Assembly (NCBI GenBank): GCA_964615995.1 | Contig: CAZTSR010000006.1 | Location: 81,236 to 145,235 of the forward strand | Length of the DNA: 64,000 nucleotides | Reading direction: 5' to 3' | DNA from: an uncultured Bacteroidales bacterium | GTDB lineage: Bacteria; Bacteroidota; Bacteroidia; Bacteroidales; UBA10428 | Part shown: positions 37,479 through 47,855 of the stretch, one piece after another | Layout of the letters: each line of letters begins with the position of its first letter | Numbering within the stretch: position 1 is the stretch's first letter | The notes under the pieces: generated by a model | Told to the model about the DNA's origin: nothing | The model's database searches: none | Seen by the model: the letters and a program-made list of their open reading frames with translations, nothing else | Program-made: the position numbers and the translations under genes

Positions 37479-38789
37479 TTATGAATCCTGTTTTCTGAGC
37501 AGAATCAACATAAAGAGCAGCCCGATTATGAAAAATCCGGTAATAGCCAACACGGCATAACGCATGCTTCCGGTTAATGCCTCAATGATTCCGAAGCTAA
37601 ATGTGCCACCTACAGTGGCAATTTTTTCCATAACATCATAAAAACTGAAAAATGAAGTATGATCACGTGTTTCGGGAAGCATTTTGGAATATGTAGAGCG
37701 GGCAAGAGCCTGGGTACCGCCCATGACAATACCAACAAAACATGCAACTATAATAAACCCAACAGCATTGGTAATAAAGAATACCGCCAGGATGATCAGA
37801 ATCCAAACGAAAATAGAAAGGATCAGCGCCCTGATATTGCCAACCCGACCTGAAATTTTTGCAAATATCCAGGCCCCAAACATTCCAATAAGTTGAATTA
37901 ACAGAATGGTAGGTATCAGGACATTGTCGCTAAGTCCCAATTCCTTTGTAGCATAGGTGGCAGCCATAAACATCACCGTCAGCAAACCCATGGTCATAAA
38001 AAAGAAACCCATCAGATAAATCTTCAGATTCCTCATATTGCGTACCTGGTTAAACACCGATCGCAATTCTATATAGCCTTTCAAAACCGGGTTTTCTCCC
38101 TTTACACGCTTGCCAAAGGTATATTTGGGCAACCGGCGGAATGTGATTTGTGAAAAGCCGATCCACCATAGAAATACGGTAAAGAAAGCGAGACGCGGCG
38201 CAAATGTATCATCGGTAATGCCAAACAAATTTGGGAAAAGCACAAAAACCAGGTTAAACAGCAACAATACCACACCGCCCAGATAACCCATAGCATAGCC
38301 GCGTGCACTTATTTTATCCTGTTCATCCTTTACAGCAATTACTGGCAGAAAAGAATTGTAAAACACCAGGCTGCCTCCATATCCGATGGTTGCAAAGGTA
38401 AAGGCGAGCAGACCAAGTTCAAGGTGGTTAGTATCGAAAAAGTAAAGCAATCCGCATGATATAGCACCAATCCATGTAAACACTTTCATGAATGACTTTC
38501 TTCTTCCCGTAAAGTCAGCTATGGAAGAGAAAAAAGGCGAAAAAAAGGCAATCACCAGGTACGAAACAGCGATCGACCAGGAATAAAGAACCGTATTTTC
38601 AGCCTTAAAGCCAAAAAAGTCAACCGTATAATTATTGCCGGTATGTGTAATGGCATTATAATAAATGGGAAAAATGGTAGAGCCAATTGTGAGCTGATAA
38701 ACAGAGTTAGCCCAGTCGTACATAACCCATGCCCTTATGGTTTTTTTATCACCTTTGGCAATAGGTCGGAGTTCAGATATGTGTTTCAA
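37479..38789 (-). CDS. MFS transporter (UMF1/Atg22-like family)
   Basis: 436 aa with about 12 TM segments. WVMYDWANS N-terminal motif is typical of this MFS subfamily. Confidence 0.7.
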   Translation of the reverse strand: MKHISELRPIAKGDKKTIRAWVMYDWANSVYQLTIGSTIFPIYYNAITHTGNNYTVDFFGFKAENTVLYSWSIAVSYLVIAFFSPFFSSIADFTGRRKSFMKVFTWIGAISCGLLYFFDTNHLELGLLAFTFATIGYGGSLVFYNSFLPVIAVKDEQDKISARGYAMGYLGGVVLLLFNLVFVLFPNLFGITDDTFAPRLAFFTVFLWWIGFSQITFRRLPKYTFGKRVKGENPVLKGYIELRSVFNQVRNMRNLKIYLMGFFFMTMGLLTVMFMAATYATKELGLSDNVLIPTILLIQLIGMFGAWIFAKISGRVGNIRALILSIFVWILIILAVFFITNAVGFIIVACFVGIVMGGTQALARSTYSKMLPETRDHTSFFSFYDVMEKIATVGGTFSFGIIEALTGSMRYAVLAITGFFIIGLLFMLILLRKQDS

Positions 38790-38867
38790 AATAGACGGAG
38801 TGAATCAATGTGGGTACTAATATACAAAAACTATCTGTCTGAGCACCTGTAAGTCATTAAAAGTTGT

Positions 38868-41132
38868 TTATAACTGGCTATTCCTGATCAGATTCAAGGC
38901 CGAGCCTGCTTTAAACCACTCAATTTGATTGGCATTATAGGTATGATTGGCGAGAATAACATCCTCCGTTTGATCAGCATGGATCAACCGGATCTGTAGC
39001 GGAACATTCTGCTTAAACGACGCCAGTCCGATGATATCAATCCGGTCATCCTCCCTGATTTTCTCATAGTCGGCTTTATCTGCAAAAGTCAAAGCCAGCA
39101 TGCCCTGTTTTTTCAGGTTGGCTTCATGTATTCTTGCGAATGAACGAACAAGCACCGCCTTTACCCCAAGATGACGTGGTTCCATGGCAGCATGTTCTCT
39201 TGAAGACCCTTCACCATAGTTTTCATCTCCAACAACAAGGGTTCCAATGCCATGTTCTTTATATAAACGTGCTGTAGCCGGTACTTCTCCATAAGTTCCG
39301 GTTTCACTGTTTTTAACGAGATTGGTACTGCCATTGAAAAAATTCACGGCTCCAATCAACATATTATTCGAAATATTGTCGAGGTGGCCTCTGTATTTAA
39401 GCCAGGGCCCTGCCATTGATATGTGATCTGTTGTGCATTTTCCTTTGGCCTTGATTAGCAAACGAAGGCCTTTATAATCATTTCCATCCCAGGGAGCAAA
39501 AGGTTCCAGTAGTTGCAGACGTTCACTGGAAGGACTCACTTTTACCTCAACCTGGCTACCGTCTTTAGCCGGGGCCTGGTAACCATTATCTTCAACAGCA
39601 AATCCTTTCCGGGGCATTTCATCGCCAACGGGCTCATCCAGCTTCACTTTTTCGCCTTTTTCATTCAGGATAAAATCGGTAACAGGATTAAAATTCAGGG
39701 TGCCTGCAATTGAAAAGGCAGTAACTATTTCAGGAGAGGCGACAAAGCCATGTGTATTTGGATTTCCATCTGTGCGTTTGGCAAAATTACGGTTAAAGGA
39801 AGTCATGATGGAATTCTTCTCCTGTTTCTCAGCTCCGTGGCGGGCCCATTGACCTATGCATGGACCACAGGCATTCGCCATAACCGTTCCGCCCATTTTT
39901 TCAAAAACACTGAGAATGCCATCCCTTTCAGCAGTATATCGTACCTGCTCAGATCCGGGGGTAATCACAAATTCTGTGTTCACTTTAATGTTTTTTGCTA
40001 TGGCCTGCCTGGCGATAGAAGCGGCCCTTGTAAGATCTTCATAGGAAGAATTTGTACATGAACCAATCAGTCCGGCTTCCAATTTTTCGGGATATCCCTT
40101 CTCCTTAGCTACTTTGGCAAATTCTGAAACGGGAACCGCCAGATCCGGTGTAAAAGGTCCGTTAATATAAGGCTCCAGTTCCGAAAGGTTGATTTCAATG
40201 ATTTCATCAAAATACTTTTGTGGATTCTGATATACTTCAGCATCACCGGTGAGGTGCTGCTTAACCGTCAATGCCAGGTCGGCTATTTCACTGCGGTTTG
40301 TTCCCCTCAGATAGGTATCCATTTTCTGATCATAACCGAACAAAGAAGTGGTTGCGCCAATTTCAGCACCCATATTGCAGATTGTGCCTTTCCCTGTACA
40401 GGAAATTGTTTCTGCTCCCGGTCCGAAATACTCGGCAATGCATCCGGTACCTCCTTTTACGGTGAGTAATCCCGCAACTTTTAATATCACATCTTTGGCA
40501 GAAGTCCAGCCACTCAACTTCCCGGTGAGCTTAATGCCAATGAGACGCGGAAACCGAAGCTCCCATGAAAGTCCTGCCATTACATCACAAGCATCAGCTC
40601 CTCCTACTCCAATGGCAACCATTCCCAGACCACCTGCATTCACAGTGTGGGAATCCGTACCAATCATCATACCCCCCGGAAATGCATAGTTTTCAAGAAT
40701 AACCTGGTGAATAATCCCTGCTCCGGGTTTCCAAAAACCGATACCGTATTTATTGGATACAGAAGCCAGAAAGTCGTATACTTCGTTGTTTGTTTTTGTT
40801 GCTGTTATTAAGTCTTTTTCAGCACCATTTTGTGCAAGAATCAAATGATCACAATGAACAGTGGAAGGAACTGCCACTTTCTTCCTTCCGGCCTGCATAA
40901 ACTGAAGCAGCGCCATCTGTGCTGTCGCATCCTGCATAGCTACCCTGTCCGGAAGAAAACTTACATAATCCTTCCCCCTTTCATATACCCGCACCGGAGT
41001 CAGCTCCTCCAGATGCGCATAAAGAATTTTCTCAGTAAGGGTCATGGGCCGGTTTAGCAACTTGCGGGCGGCGTTAACACGACTATCCATAGTGGAATAT
41101 ACACGGCGGATCAGGTCCAGGTCAAATGACAT
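38868..41132 (-). CDS. acnA: Aconitate hydratase (mitochondrial-type, about 750 aa)
   Basis: 754 aa. [26 protein letters not shown], and ACGPCIGQW Fe-S cluster ligand motifs. Confidence 0.95.
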   Translation of the reverse strand: MSFDLDLIRRVYSTMDSRVNAARKLLNRPMTLTEKILYAHLEELTPVRVYERGKDYVSFLPDRVAMQDATAQMALLQFMQAGRKKVAVPSTVHCDHLILAQNGAEKDLITATKTNNEVYDFLASVSNKYGIGFWKPGAGIIHQVILENYAFPGGMMIGTDSHTVNAGGLGMVAIGVGGADACDVMAGLSWELRFPRLIGIKLTGKLSGWTSAKDVILKVAGLLTVKGGTGCIAEYFGPGAETISCTGKGTICNMGAEIGATTSLFGYDQKMDTYLRGTNRSEIADLALTVKQHLTGDAEVYQNPQKYFDEIIEINLSELEPYINGPFTPDLAVPVSEFAKVAKEKGYPEKLEAGLIGSCTNSSYEDLTRAASIARQAIAKNIKVNTEFVITPGSEQVRYTAERDGILSVFEKMGGTVMANACGPCIGQWARHGAEKQEKNSIMTSFNRNFAKRTDGNPNTHGFVASPEIVTAFSIAGTLNFNPVTDFILNEKGEKVKLDEPVGDEMPRKGFAVEDNGYQAPAKDGSQVEVKVSPSSERLQLLEPFAPWDGNDYKGLRLLIKAKGKCTTDHISMAGPWLKYRGHLDNISNNMLIGAVNFFNGSTNLVKNSETGTYGEVPATARLYKEHGIGTLVVGDENYGEGSSREHAAMEPRHLGVKAVLVRSFARIHEANLKKQGMLALTFADKADYEKIREDDRIDIIGLASFKQNVPLQIRLIHADQTEDVILANHTYNANQIEWFKAGSALNLIRNSQL

Positions 41133-41203
41133 ATTGAATATTTATTAATTTTTAGCAAATAAAATAAATTCTAATCTGTTCCCTGCATAAACAAGGAAAA
41201 AAT

Positions 41204-43168
41204 TCAAAAAACGGGCAGAATATTCAGATCCTTAATTTGCAAAGTATCCATAACAACCGTGTCAGGAACGGCAATATATTCCGCAGCAGGACCCGTAAGC
41301 CTTATAAAAGGCAGTGTCCCGGTAGTATCTTCGGGTGGTAAGAATTGTTTTCGCACCATCAGCTCTTTCATGCGTTTGAAGTAGTTTCCATAAAAACTTC
41401 TGGGGACCCCGTTTGAAACAAAAGTGTACTTAAACCATTTGGGGTGTGGAACAATGCTGGCCAAATAAACCGCTTCCTCAAGATTGATCTCATAAGGCGG
41501 CTTATTGAAATAAAAACGACTGGCCTGATTGATGCCATAAATTCCCGGCCCCCACTCAATAATGTTCAGATATACTTCATACATTCTTTGCTTGGGAACA
41601 AGATTCTTGTTTTCAATCAGCCAAACAATAATTGCCTCCTCAATTTTGCGGGCCACAGTCTTATTCCTTGTCAGAAATATATTTTTTACCAGCTGCATGG
41701 TGATTGTACTACCACCACGTGCAAACCTTTTTTCTTTAATATTGGTAGCTATAGCCTCTCTGAATGCATCTTTATTAAAGCCGTTATGATAATAAAAACT
41801 GCCATCTTCAGAAGTCATTATTGCTGCACGGACAAAAGGCGAAATCGCATCAAGCGGAGTATAATCCGGATTGTCAGGACCAACCAGAAATGATGCTACC
41901 ATGCGTCCTTTTTCATATACCCGGTGTACAAACGGACTGTTTATCATCCTGTAATCATCCGTTCCATAACCTGTGACTGAGAAATTCTCACCTGTAAGCT
42001 TTGTATCAAAAAGAAGGCTGTCCGGATGGCTTATATCCAATGAAAACGAAAGAAAGAAATGAAGCAGTCCCGTGGTTTTTATTCCTGATAAACTGGTAAA
42101 CATACCCGTAGGAAGCGAGCTGAAAAAATCATCAGCCTTCCAGGTGGTCGGAATCACTTTGAATGCCAGTCCGGGTCCCTCATCGGCCTGAAATCTGAAA
42201 TAAAGATTGAAAGCAATCCGGTTCAGTGAAGCATGTGTAGAACTGTCAATTTCAATGTAATGTTCACCTATGTTCAACTTAAAGGACGAAGCAAACTGAC
42301 CGATCTGTATGCTTTCCGAAGAGAGTCGTTTTGCTTTTATCTCAAATCCCTTGATACTGAATGCCCCAGTGGGACTAACCAGATGCCTGCTGCGTTCATC
42401 CAGGTTGAACCTGAGATCAAGTGAAGCAAAACCTGTTTCTACCCCATACATATCTTTTAAAATGGGAACCGGCAACAGAAAGCTATCCCGGTTTATCATA
42501 TGTAATTCCAATATGGAAGAAGTCCGGTCCATGCGCCCGGTAACCGGAATTTCACTAACCAACGTATCACCCGACAATTTCAGATGTGCCGTAACATGAC
42601 CATGCTTAATTTCCAGATTTTTTATGTTAATGTCTGTTGTTCTTCCCTTATACTCAAAGCGGATATCCGTTTCGTCAACCCTTATCTTCGAGGGAATATA
42701 ATTAAAAAAACGGCGGGTATTTTTATATAAAAACTCAGAAAAATTTCGTCCTTTCACAACATCCAATATGTCCGAAGTGTCTTTGATCACATCAACATCT
42801 TTCTGAATAACAGTATCTGCAAAATCATAACGCAGGGCAATTGATTCACAGGTAAGCCGGTTCATCCTGATTCTCTTCGCCAGAAGCGGAAAAATTCTGG
42901 GCGTTACAGATAGTGCTTTAATTTCGAGATGCCCTTTACCGGAGTCCGATTCCAGATAGATGCCCTGAAAGAATACGGTCCGTAATCCCCTGAACCGGGC
43001 ATCAACAAAACGAACATCAACCTGATGGCTTTTGAGTTTTGCCTCCACGGCATGCATGGCATTTCTGAGAACGATTCCCCGGAAAATAAAGAATGCAGAT
43101 ATGCCCATGAGAAAGAGACCTGCGATAATGAAAAGGATACATCTACGGCTTAGTGGCTTACAAATCAT
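41204..43168 (-). CDS. Membrane-anchored protein with a C-terminal GT51 peptidoglycan glycosyltransferase domain and no transpeptidase domain
   Basis: 654 aa with one N-terminal TM. About 430 aa of unassigned sequence come first, then SEDGSFYYHNGF, RGGSTITMQLVKN, and RKIEEA (GT51 motifs 1-3). Confidence 0.8.
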   Translation of the reverse strand: MICKPLSRRCILFIIAGLFLMGISAFFIFRGIVLRNAMHAVEAKLKSHQVDVRFVDARFRGLRTVFFQGIYLESDSGKGHLEIKALSVTPRIFPLLAKRIRMNRLTCESIALRYDFADTVIQKDVDVIKDTSDILDVVKGRNFSEFLYKNTRRFFNYIPSKIRVDETDIRFEYKGRTTDINIKNLEIKHGHVTAHLKLSGDTLVSEIPVTGRMDRTSSILELHMINRDSFLLPVPILKDMYGVETGFASLDLRFNLDERSRHLVSPTGAFSIKGFEIKAKRLSSESIQIGQFASSFKLNIGEHYIEIDSSTHASLNRIAFNLYFRFQADEGPGLAFKVIPTTWKADDFFSSLPTGMFTSLSGIKTTGLLHFFLSFSLDISHPDSLLFDTKLTGENFSVTGYGTDDYRMINSPFVHRVYEKGRMVASFLVGPDNPDYTPLDAISPFVRAAIMTSEDGSFYYHNGFNKDAFREAIATNIKEKRFARGGSTITMQLVKNIFLTRNKTVARKIEEAIIVWLIENKNLVPKQRMYEVYLNIIEWGPGIYGINQASRFYFNKPPYEINLEEAVYLASIVPHPKWFKYTFVSNGVPRSFYGNYFKRMKELMVRKQFLPPEDTTGTLPFIRLTGPAAEYIAVPDTVVMDTLQIKDLNILPVF

Positions 43169-43376
43169 TGCTCGTGATTTAATCGGGCGAAATTAACAAT
43201 CAATTTAACACGAATCAAATAAATGTAAATGAATTACAAATTCTGCCGGGCGCAATTGATGTGTCGTCTTTTTTCCAATTGTGTTTTTCAACACGTGATG
43301 AATAGATTTATAATTTATTGAAACCTTACTCTATGGCCCTCGTAATATTGTTTTGAATTCACCGATACAAAATGAA

Positions 43377-44330
43377 ATGAGATACTTAATCATCATTGCC
43401 GGTCTTCTGATACTGGCAACAGGAAAAGCCCAAAACCCCGACGAACCGAAAAACAAAGAAGATATTGCAGCCAATAAGGTAAAGAACCAGATCAGCTGGG
43501 ATTACAAGTATATTAATGACAAGCCCGATAAAAACGGAGTAAAAACCTCTGTCACCACGTATTCCTCCAAAGGAGACATTATTCAGGTGAATGCATTAAA
43601 CCCTGCAGGAGCAGTACTGCATAGCGAGTCATATGCCTACGACAGCCGTGGGAACAAAACGGAATATACGCGAAAGTCAGGTGATAATTCTTATCAGAAA
43701 AAGTACGTATACAACGCAAAAAACCTGGTTACGGAAGAAAGCGGATTTGACGGCGTGGAAAACTTCAGGAATTTATATGCCTATGATGATGAAGGGAATA
43801 TGAAAGAAATACGGTATATGAAAAATACCATCCTGCAGGAAAAACGGGTTTTTGTCAAAGACGGAGTTACCACCAATGTATCGGTATATAATAAATTGGG
43901 TACGCTTACTTCTAAACTGGTATTGATCTATGATAGCCGGGGTAACCTGGTGGAAGAATCGATATACGGACTCAATTCAAATCCTTTGGAAAAGAAGACC
44001 TATAATTACGATGACAAGAAGAAACTTAAAGAAGAAGCCCGTTATAAGCTGAATAAAATTACCGTCCGCAATACTTATAATTATACGCCCGCAGGAAAAC
44101 TTACGGAAATTACAGAGGAATCACCCGGTACTCAGAAATTCGTAAAGAAAAGCATTTCCTATGATGCCCGGGGTAATATAATAAATATAAAATGGCGCAG
44201 AAATGCAACAGAGGAGTTTAATCGTATTACCTATCAATATAATGACAGTGGTTTGTGTACTTCTGCAGAAACCTATTACCCGGCCACAAAGTATCGCGTG
44301 CTCACTAAGTATGTATATGAGCATTATTAA
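43377..44330 (+). CDS. Secreted protein with degenerate YD-type repeats
   Basis: Signal peptide MRYLIIIAGLLILATGKAQ. At least 5 repeats of the form Y.YD.RGN..E (YAYDSRGNKTEY, YAYDDEGNMKEI, LIYDSRGNLVEE, YNYDDKKKLKEE, ISYDARGNIINI). The ORF track start at 43353 is TTG. Confidence 0.5.
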   Translation: MRYLIIIAGLLILATGKAQNPDEPKNKEDIAANKVKNQISWDYKYINDKPDKNGVKTSVTTYSSKGDIIQVNALNPAGAVLHSESYAYDSRGNKTEYTRKSGDNSYQKKYVYNAKNLVTEESGFDGVENFRNLYAYDDEGNMKEIRYMKNTILQEKRVFVKDGVTTNVSVYNKLGTLTSKLVLIYDSRGNLVEESIYGLNSNPLEKKTYNYDDKKKLKEEARYKLNKITVRNTYNYTPAGKLTEITEESPGTQKFVKKSISYDARGNIINIKWRRNATEEFNRITYQYNDSGLCTSAETYYPATKYRVLTKYVYEHY

Positions 44331-44405
44331 TGCGTAATATAAGCATATTTCTTCCTGAAGCTCAAACAAATCCTTACATTTGCAGCTTATTATTAAAAAG
44401 GCCTG

Positions 44406-45020
44406 ATGCTGCTTAAAATTCATCCTGAAACACCGGGTGCCCGACAGATATTGATGGCCACAGAGATCTTAAAAAAAGGTGGTCTGCTGATATTCCCGAC
44501 AGATACCGTTTACGGGCTGGGGTGTGATATATTCAATCATAAGGCAGTAGAAAGGGTTTCGCGACTTAAAGGGGTGAATCCGGAAAAAGCCAATTTTTCA
44601 TTTATTTGTCAAAGTCTGAGTGAACTAACCAATTATGCAAGGCACGTGGACAATGCCACTTTTAAACTCATGAAACAAACGCTTCCCGGACCTTTTACAT
44701 TCATTCTCGAAGCAGGAAATAACGTACCCCGGATTTTCCGGAATCGTAAAAAAACAATCGGCATCCGGATCCCCGATAACAAAATCATCACTGAAATCGT
44801 GAAGGAACTGGGAAATGCAGTGCTCACCACTTCCATTCGCGATGAAGATGAAATTCTCGAATATACCACCGATCCTGAGTTAATCCATGAAAAATACAGT
44901 AATCTTGTGGATGCTGTAATTGATGGAGGTTACGGTGGCAATCACCCCTCCACAATCATTGATTGCACAGGGCATGAGCCTTTTATTGCCCGCCAGGGAA
45001 AAGGAATCATTGAACTTTAG
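44406..45020 (+). CDS. tsaC: L-threonylcarbamoyladenylate synthase (YrdC/Sua5 domain)
   Basis: 204 aa. PTDTVYGLGCD, LKGV...KA..F, PGPFTFIL, and IGIRIPD motifs. Confidence 0.85.
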   Translation: MLLKIHPETPGARQILMATEILKKGGLLIFPTDTVYGLGCDIFNHKAVERVSRLKGVNPEKANFSFICQSLSELTNYARHVDNATFKLMKQTLPGPFTFILEAGNNVPRIFRNRKKTIGIRIPDNKIITEIVKELGNAVLTTSIRDEDEILEYTTDPELIHEKYSNLVDAVIDGGYGGNHPSTIIDCTGHEPFIARQGKGIIEL

Positions 45021-46645
45021 ATGCTCCCCGGCTTGAACCATGTTTGCAGGATTGCAGTGATTTGAAAAACAATAACATAAACCAGACCTGCGATCAGATA
45101 TCTGGCTTGCCTGTGATAAAAAAATACCGCCCAAACGAGTAAGCCGGTATAAAGCATAAAAACCTGAATTTTGCTGATTTGTATATGATCTATAATGCTG
45201 AATGGCAGAATCTCTACTATTGAAACAGACTGAACCAGTAAATACAGCAAAATTCCGAGAACTTTGCCGGTAATCATTGCAAATACAGGTATGAAAGATG
45301 CGGCAAGATAAAACAGCGCTATACAGATTATGACTGAAACCAGAGGAATGGCATACAAATTAGTCAGCCAGAAATAAACCGGAAACTGACCGAAATAATA
45401 GATCGTTAATGGAAGTGTTGCCAGTTGAGCCGCACAAGATACAGTAAATAACTGCCATAAAGCCCTGATTAGCTTATTCTGAAAAGAAAACAATTTGGCA
45501 AACACCGGTTGAAAGATGAGTATACCCATAACAGCAGTGAATGAAAGCTGGAAACTGACATCTTCTGTTAATTGTGGGTTTAGTGTAAGCAAAACGAAAG
45601 CCGAGACCAGCAGGATATTGGATGTTTTTACCTGCCTGCCGAGGTGCCTTCCTGCAATAACCAATGTAATCATTGCCGAAGCTCTGTTTACCGAAGGCGA
45701 TAGCCCCGTGATAAAAGCAAAGAGCCATATGAATGCAATTGTAATAACCGACCGCATCACTTTCCCCCAGGGCCATCGGCCTGCAAAAAACAGCAGGTAA
45801 TCCAGAAACAGCGCGATGATCGCCACATTAAAACCGGATAATGCCATAATATGAATGACCCCTGCTTTTGAAAACAGCAGTTTTGTTTCGGGTTCTACAT
45901 CTGCCTTGTATCCCATGGTAATGGCACTGAGAATACCATAGGCATCATGCGACAAACCCATTTGACGGTATTTTCTAAGAATCTGTTGTTGCGTTTTAAA
46001 GGAAAAATACCGGATATCCCTTTCGGGTTGCTGATCCAGTAATTTCCATGAATTCTTTCTGATATATACATAATTATAAATACTCCTGGCATTCAGGTAT
46101 TTTTGAAACAAAAGCTGCTGTCTGTTATGATCTTGGTTAGTCACAGATTTGAAGACTACCGGGGCAATGACGATTTGTCCCATTTGAAGTGCCTGTGATG
46201 ATGAGTCTCTATAAAAATAGGCCATTAATTTCTGATGGTGCTTTTGCCAGATAAGGTCCGTTTTCCAATATTGAACCGTTACACCGGCAGATACACTTTT
46301 TTTATGAAATGAGGGTGGTTCAATCACTTCCATTACTGCCCATCCTTGATATCCTGCAGTCCTTTCCCATTTGTTAATCATCAACTTATGCATTTGCATC
46401 ACCAGTATTCCCGACAAAAACAGCAACAGAACCGCAACAATGCCGGAAATCCGGATTCTTGTTAATCCCGGATACGCTGACGTCCATACCATAAACGGAA
46501 GCGTTATGATAATCAGAATGCAGGTGCTTATCAGAAAAACATATAAATTTTCAAATGTGATGAACTTTGCGAACACCATTCCTGTTATATAGAATAGAAG
46601 GAATCGGATAAAGGGTGTTTTCCTGAGAATTTCCAATAACAACAT
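45017..46645 (-). CDS. comEC: ComEC/Rec2-family DNA internalisation channel protein (no metallo-beta-lactamase domain)
   Basis: 542 aa polytopic membrane protein. GVIHIMALSGFNVAII matches the Competence-domain HxxAISGxH motif region. Confidence 0.7.
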   Translation of the reverse strand: MLLLEILRKTPFIRFLLFYITGMVFAKFITFENLYVFLISTCILIIITLPFMVWTSAYPGLTRIRISGIVAVLLLFLSGILVMQMHKLMINKWERTAGYQGWAVMEVIEPPSFHKKSVSAGVTVQYWKTDLIWQKHHQKLMAYFYRDSSSQALQMGQIVIAPVVFKSVTNQDHNRQQLLFQKYLNARSIYNYVYIRKNSWKLLDQQPERDIRYFSFKTQQQILRKYRQMGLSHDAYGILSAITMGYKADVEPETKLLFSKAGVIHIMALSGFNVAIIALFLDYLLFFAGRWPWGKVMRSVITIAFIWLFAFITGLSPSVNRASAMITLVIAGRHLGRQVKTSNILLVSAFVLLTLNPQLTEDVSFQLSFTAVMGILIFQPVFAKLFSFQNKLIRALWQLFTVSCAAQLATLPLTIYYFGQFPVYFWLTNLYAIPLVSVIICIALFYLAASFIPVFAMITGKVLGILLYLLVQSVSIVEILPFSIIDHIQISKIQVFMLYTGLLVWAVFFYHRQARYLIAGLVYVIVFQITAILQTWFKPGSI

Positions 46646-46779
46646 ATAACATTAATCATTTGACACATAACACGGCTGACCGCTCAATAAAAATACAAAA
46701 TCAACATATAAAAGTCAATACAAAGCATACAAATAGATGATCCTGGTAAACCAATTTCAAAAACTTTAATAATTACAAT

Positions 46780-47793
46780 ATGGTCGATTTAAGAACAAAC
46801 TACCTGGGGATTGAACTAAAGAATCCACTGATCATGGGTGCAAGCAATCTTGTAACCCGTATCGACACAGTAAAAAGAGCTGAACAGGCTGGCGCAGCCG
46901 CAGTTGTTTACAAATCGCTGTTTGAAGAACAGATACAGCTTGAATCTGCACAATTACGAGATGACCTTGAAGAATATAACGAGCGGAATGTCGAAAGCGC
47001 AAGAATATATCCTGCCCTTGAGCATGCAGGTCCGCAGGAACATCTGCTTAATATTCGCAAAGTAAAAGAAAGTGTAAGCATTCCGGTGATTGCAAGTTTA
47101 AATGCCGTATATGAACAAACATGGGTTGAATATGCACAATTGCTGGAGCAAACCGGGGTGGATGCCTTGGAATTAAACTTCTTTTATGTTCCGAGAGACA
47201 CCAAGGCAGATGGCAGGGATGTAAAAAATCAACAGCTGGATGTTCTGGCTGCTTTGCAATCCAAGGTCCGCATTCCGGTAAGCGTGAAATTGAGTCCGTT
47301 TTACGCAAACCCGCTGCATGTAATTTCACAGATGGAAGAAAAGGGTGTTAAGGGATTTGTTTTGTTCAACAGGTTGTTTCAACCTGATATTGATATTGAT
47401 AAAGAGGAGCACTTTTCACCCTTCAATTTAAGCAATCCTGAAGATCATAAATTAAGTTTGCGGTTTGCAGGCCTGCTATATGGAACACTGCGCAGTTCTA
47501 TTTGTGCCAATACCGGAATATTTACTGGTGCCGACGTGATTAAAATGGTTTTGGCCGGAGCTGATTGTGTGCAGGTTGTAAGCACCCTGTATAAGAATAA
47601 AGTGGAACATATCAGCACCATGCTGACTGAAATTCAGAACTGGATGGAAAGCAAAAACTATACGAGCCTGAAGGATTTCAGAGGAAAACTTTCAAATCTG
47701 AAGCTGAATGATCCTTTTGTCTACAAGCGTGCGCAGTATATAGATCTGCTGCTGAAGTCGGATCAGATGGTTAAAAAGTACCCGGTGGTGTAG
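46780..47793 (+). CDS. Dihydroorotate dehydrogenase-like TIM-barrel flavoprotein (non-canonical active site)
   Basis: 337 aa. Class-1 DHOD-like layout (LKNPLIMGAS, SLN, VKLSP, NTGIFTGADV..AGADCVQV). The ELNLSCPN catalytic loop is replaced by LELNFFYVP. Confidence 0.7.
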   Translation: MVDLRTNYLGIELKNPLIMGASNLVTRIDTVKRAEQAGAAAVVYKSLFEEQIQLESAQLRDDLEEYNERNVESARIYPALEHAGPQEHLLNIRKVKESVSIPVIASLNAVYEQTWVEYAQLLEQTGVDALELNFFYVPRDTKADGRDVKNQQLDVLAALQSKVRIPVSVKLSPFYANPLHVISQMEEKGVKGFVLFNRLFQPDIDIDKEEHFSPFNLSNPEDHKLSLRFAGLLYGTLRSSICANTGIFTGADVIKMVLAGADCVQVVSTLYKNKVEHISTMLTEIQNWMESKNYTSLKDFRGKLSNLKLNDPFVYKRAQYIDLLLKSDQMVKKYPVV

Positions 47794-47802
47794 GTGCAGT
47801 TA

Positions 47803-47855
47803 CAAGTGACGAGTGACGAGTGACAAGTCACTTGTAACTCGTCACTTGTCACTTG
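47803..47855. repeat. 53-nt near-perfect palindrome built from GTGACRA heptamers; probable bidirectional terminator
   Basis: The arms 47803-47828 and 47830-47855 pair at 24 of 26 positions, with 1 mismatch and 1 G-T. The centre is at 47829. The right arm overlaps the last codons and the stop of def. Confidence 0.85.
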
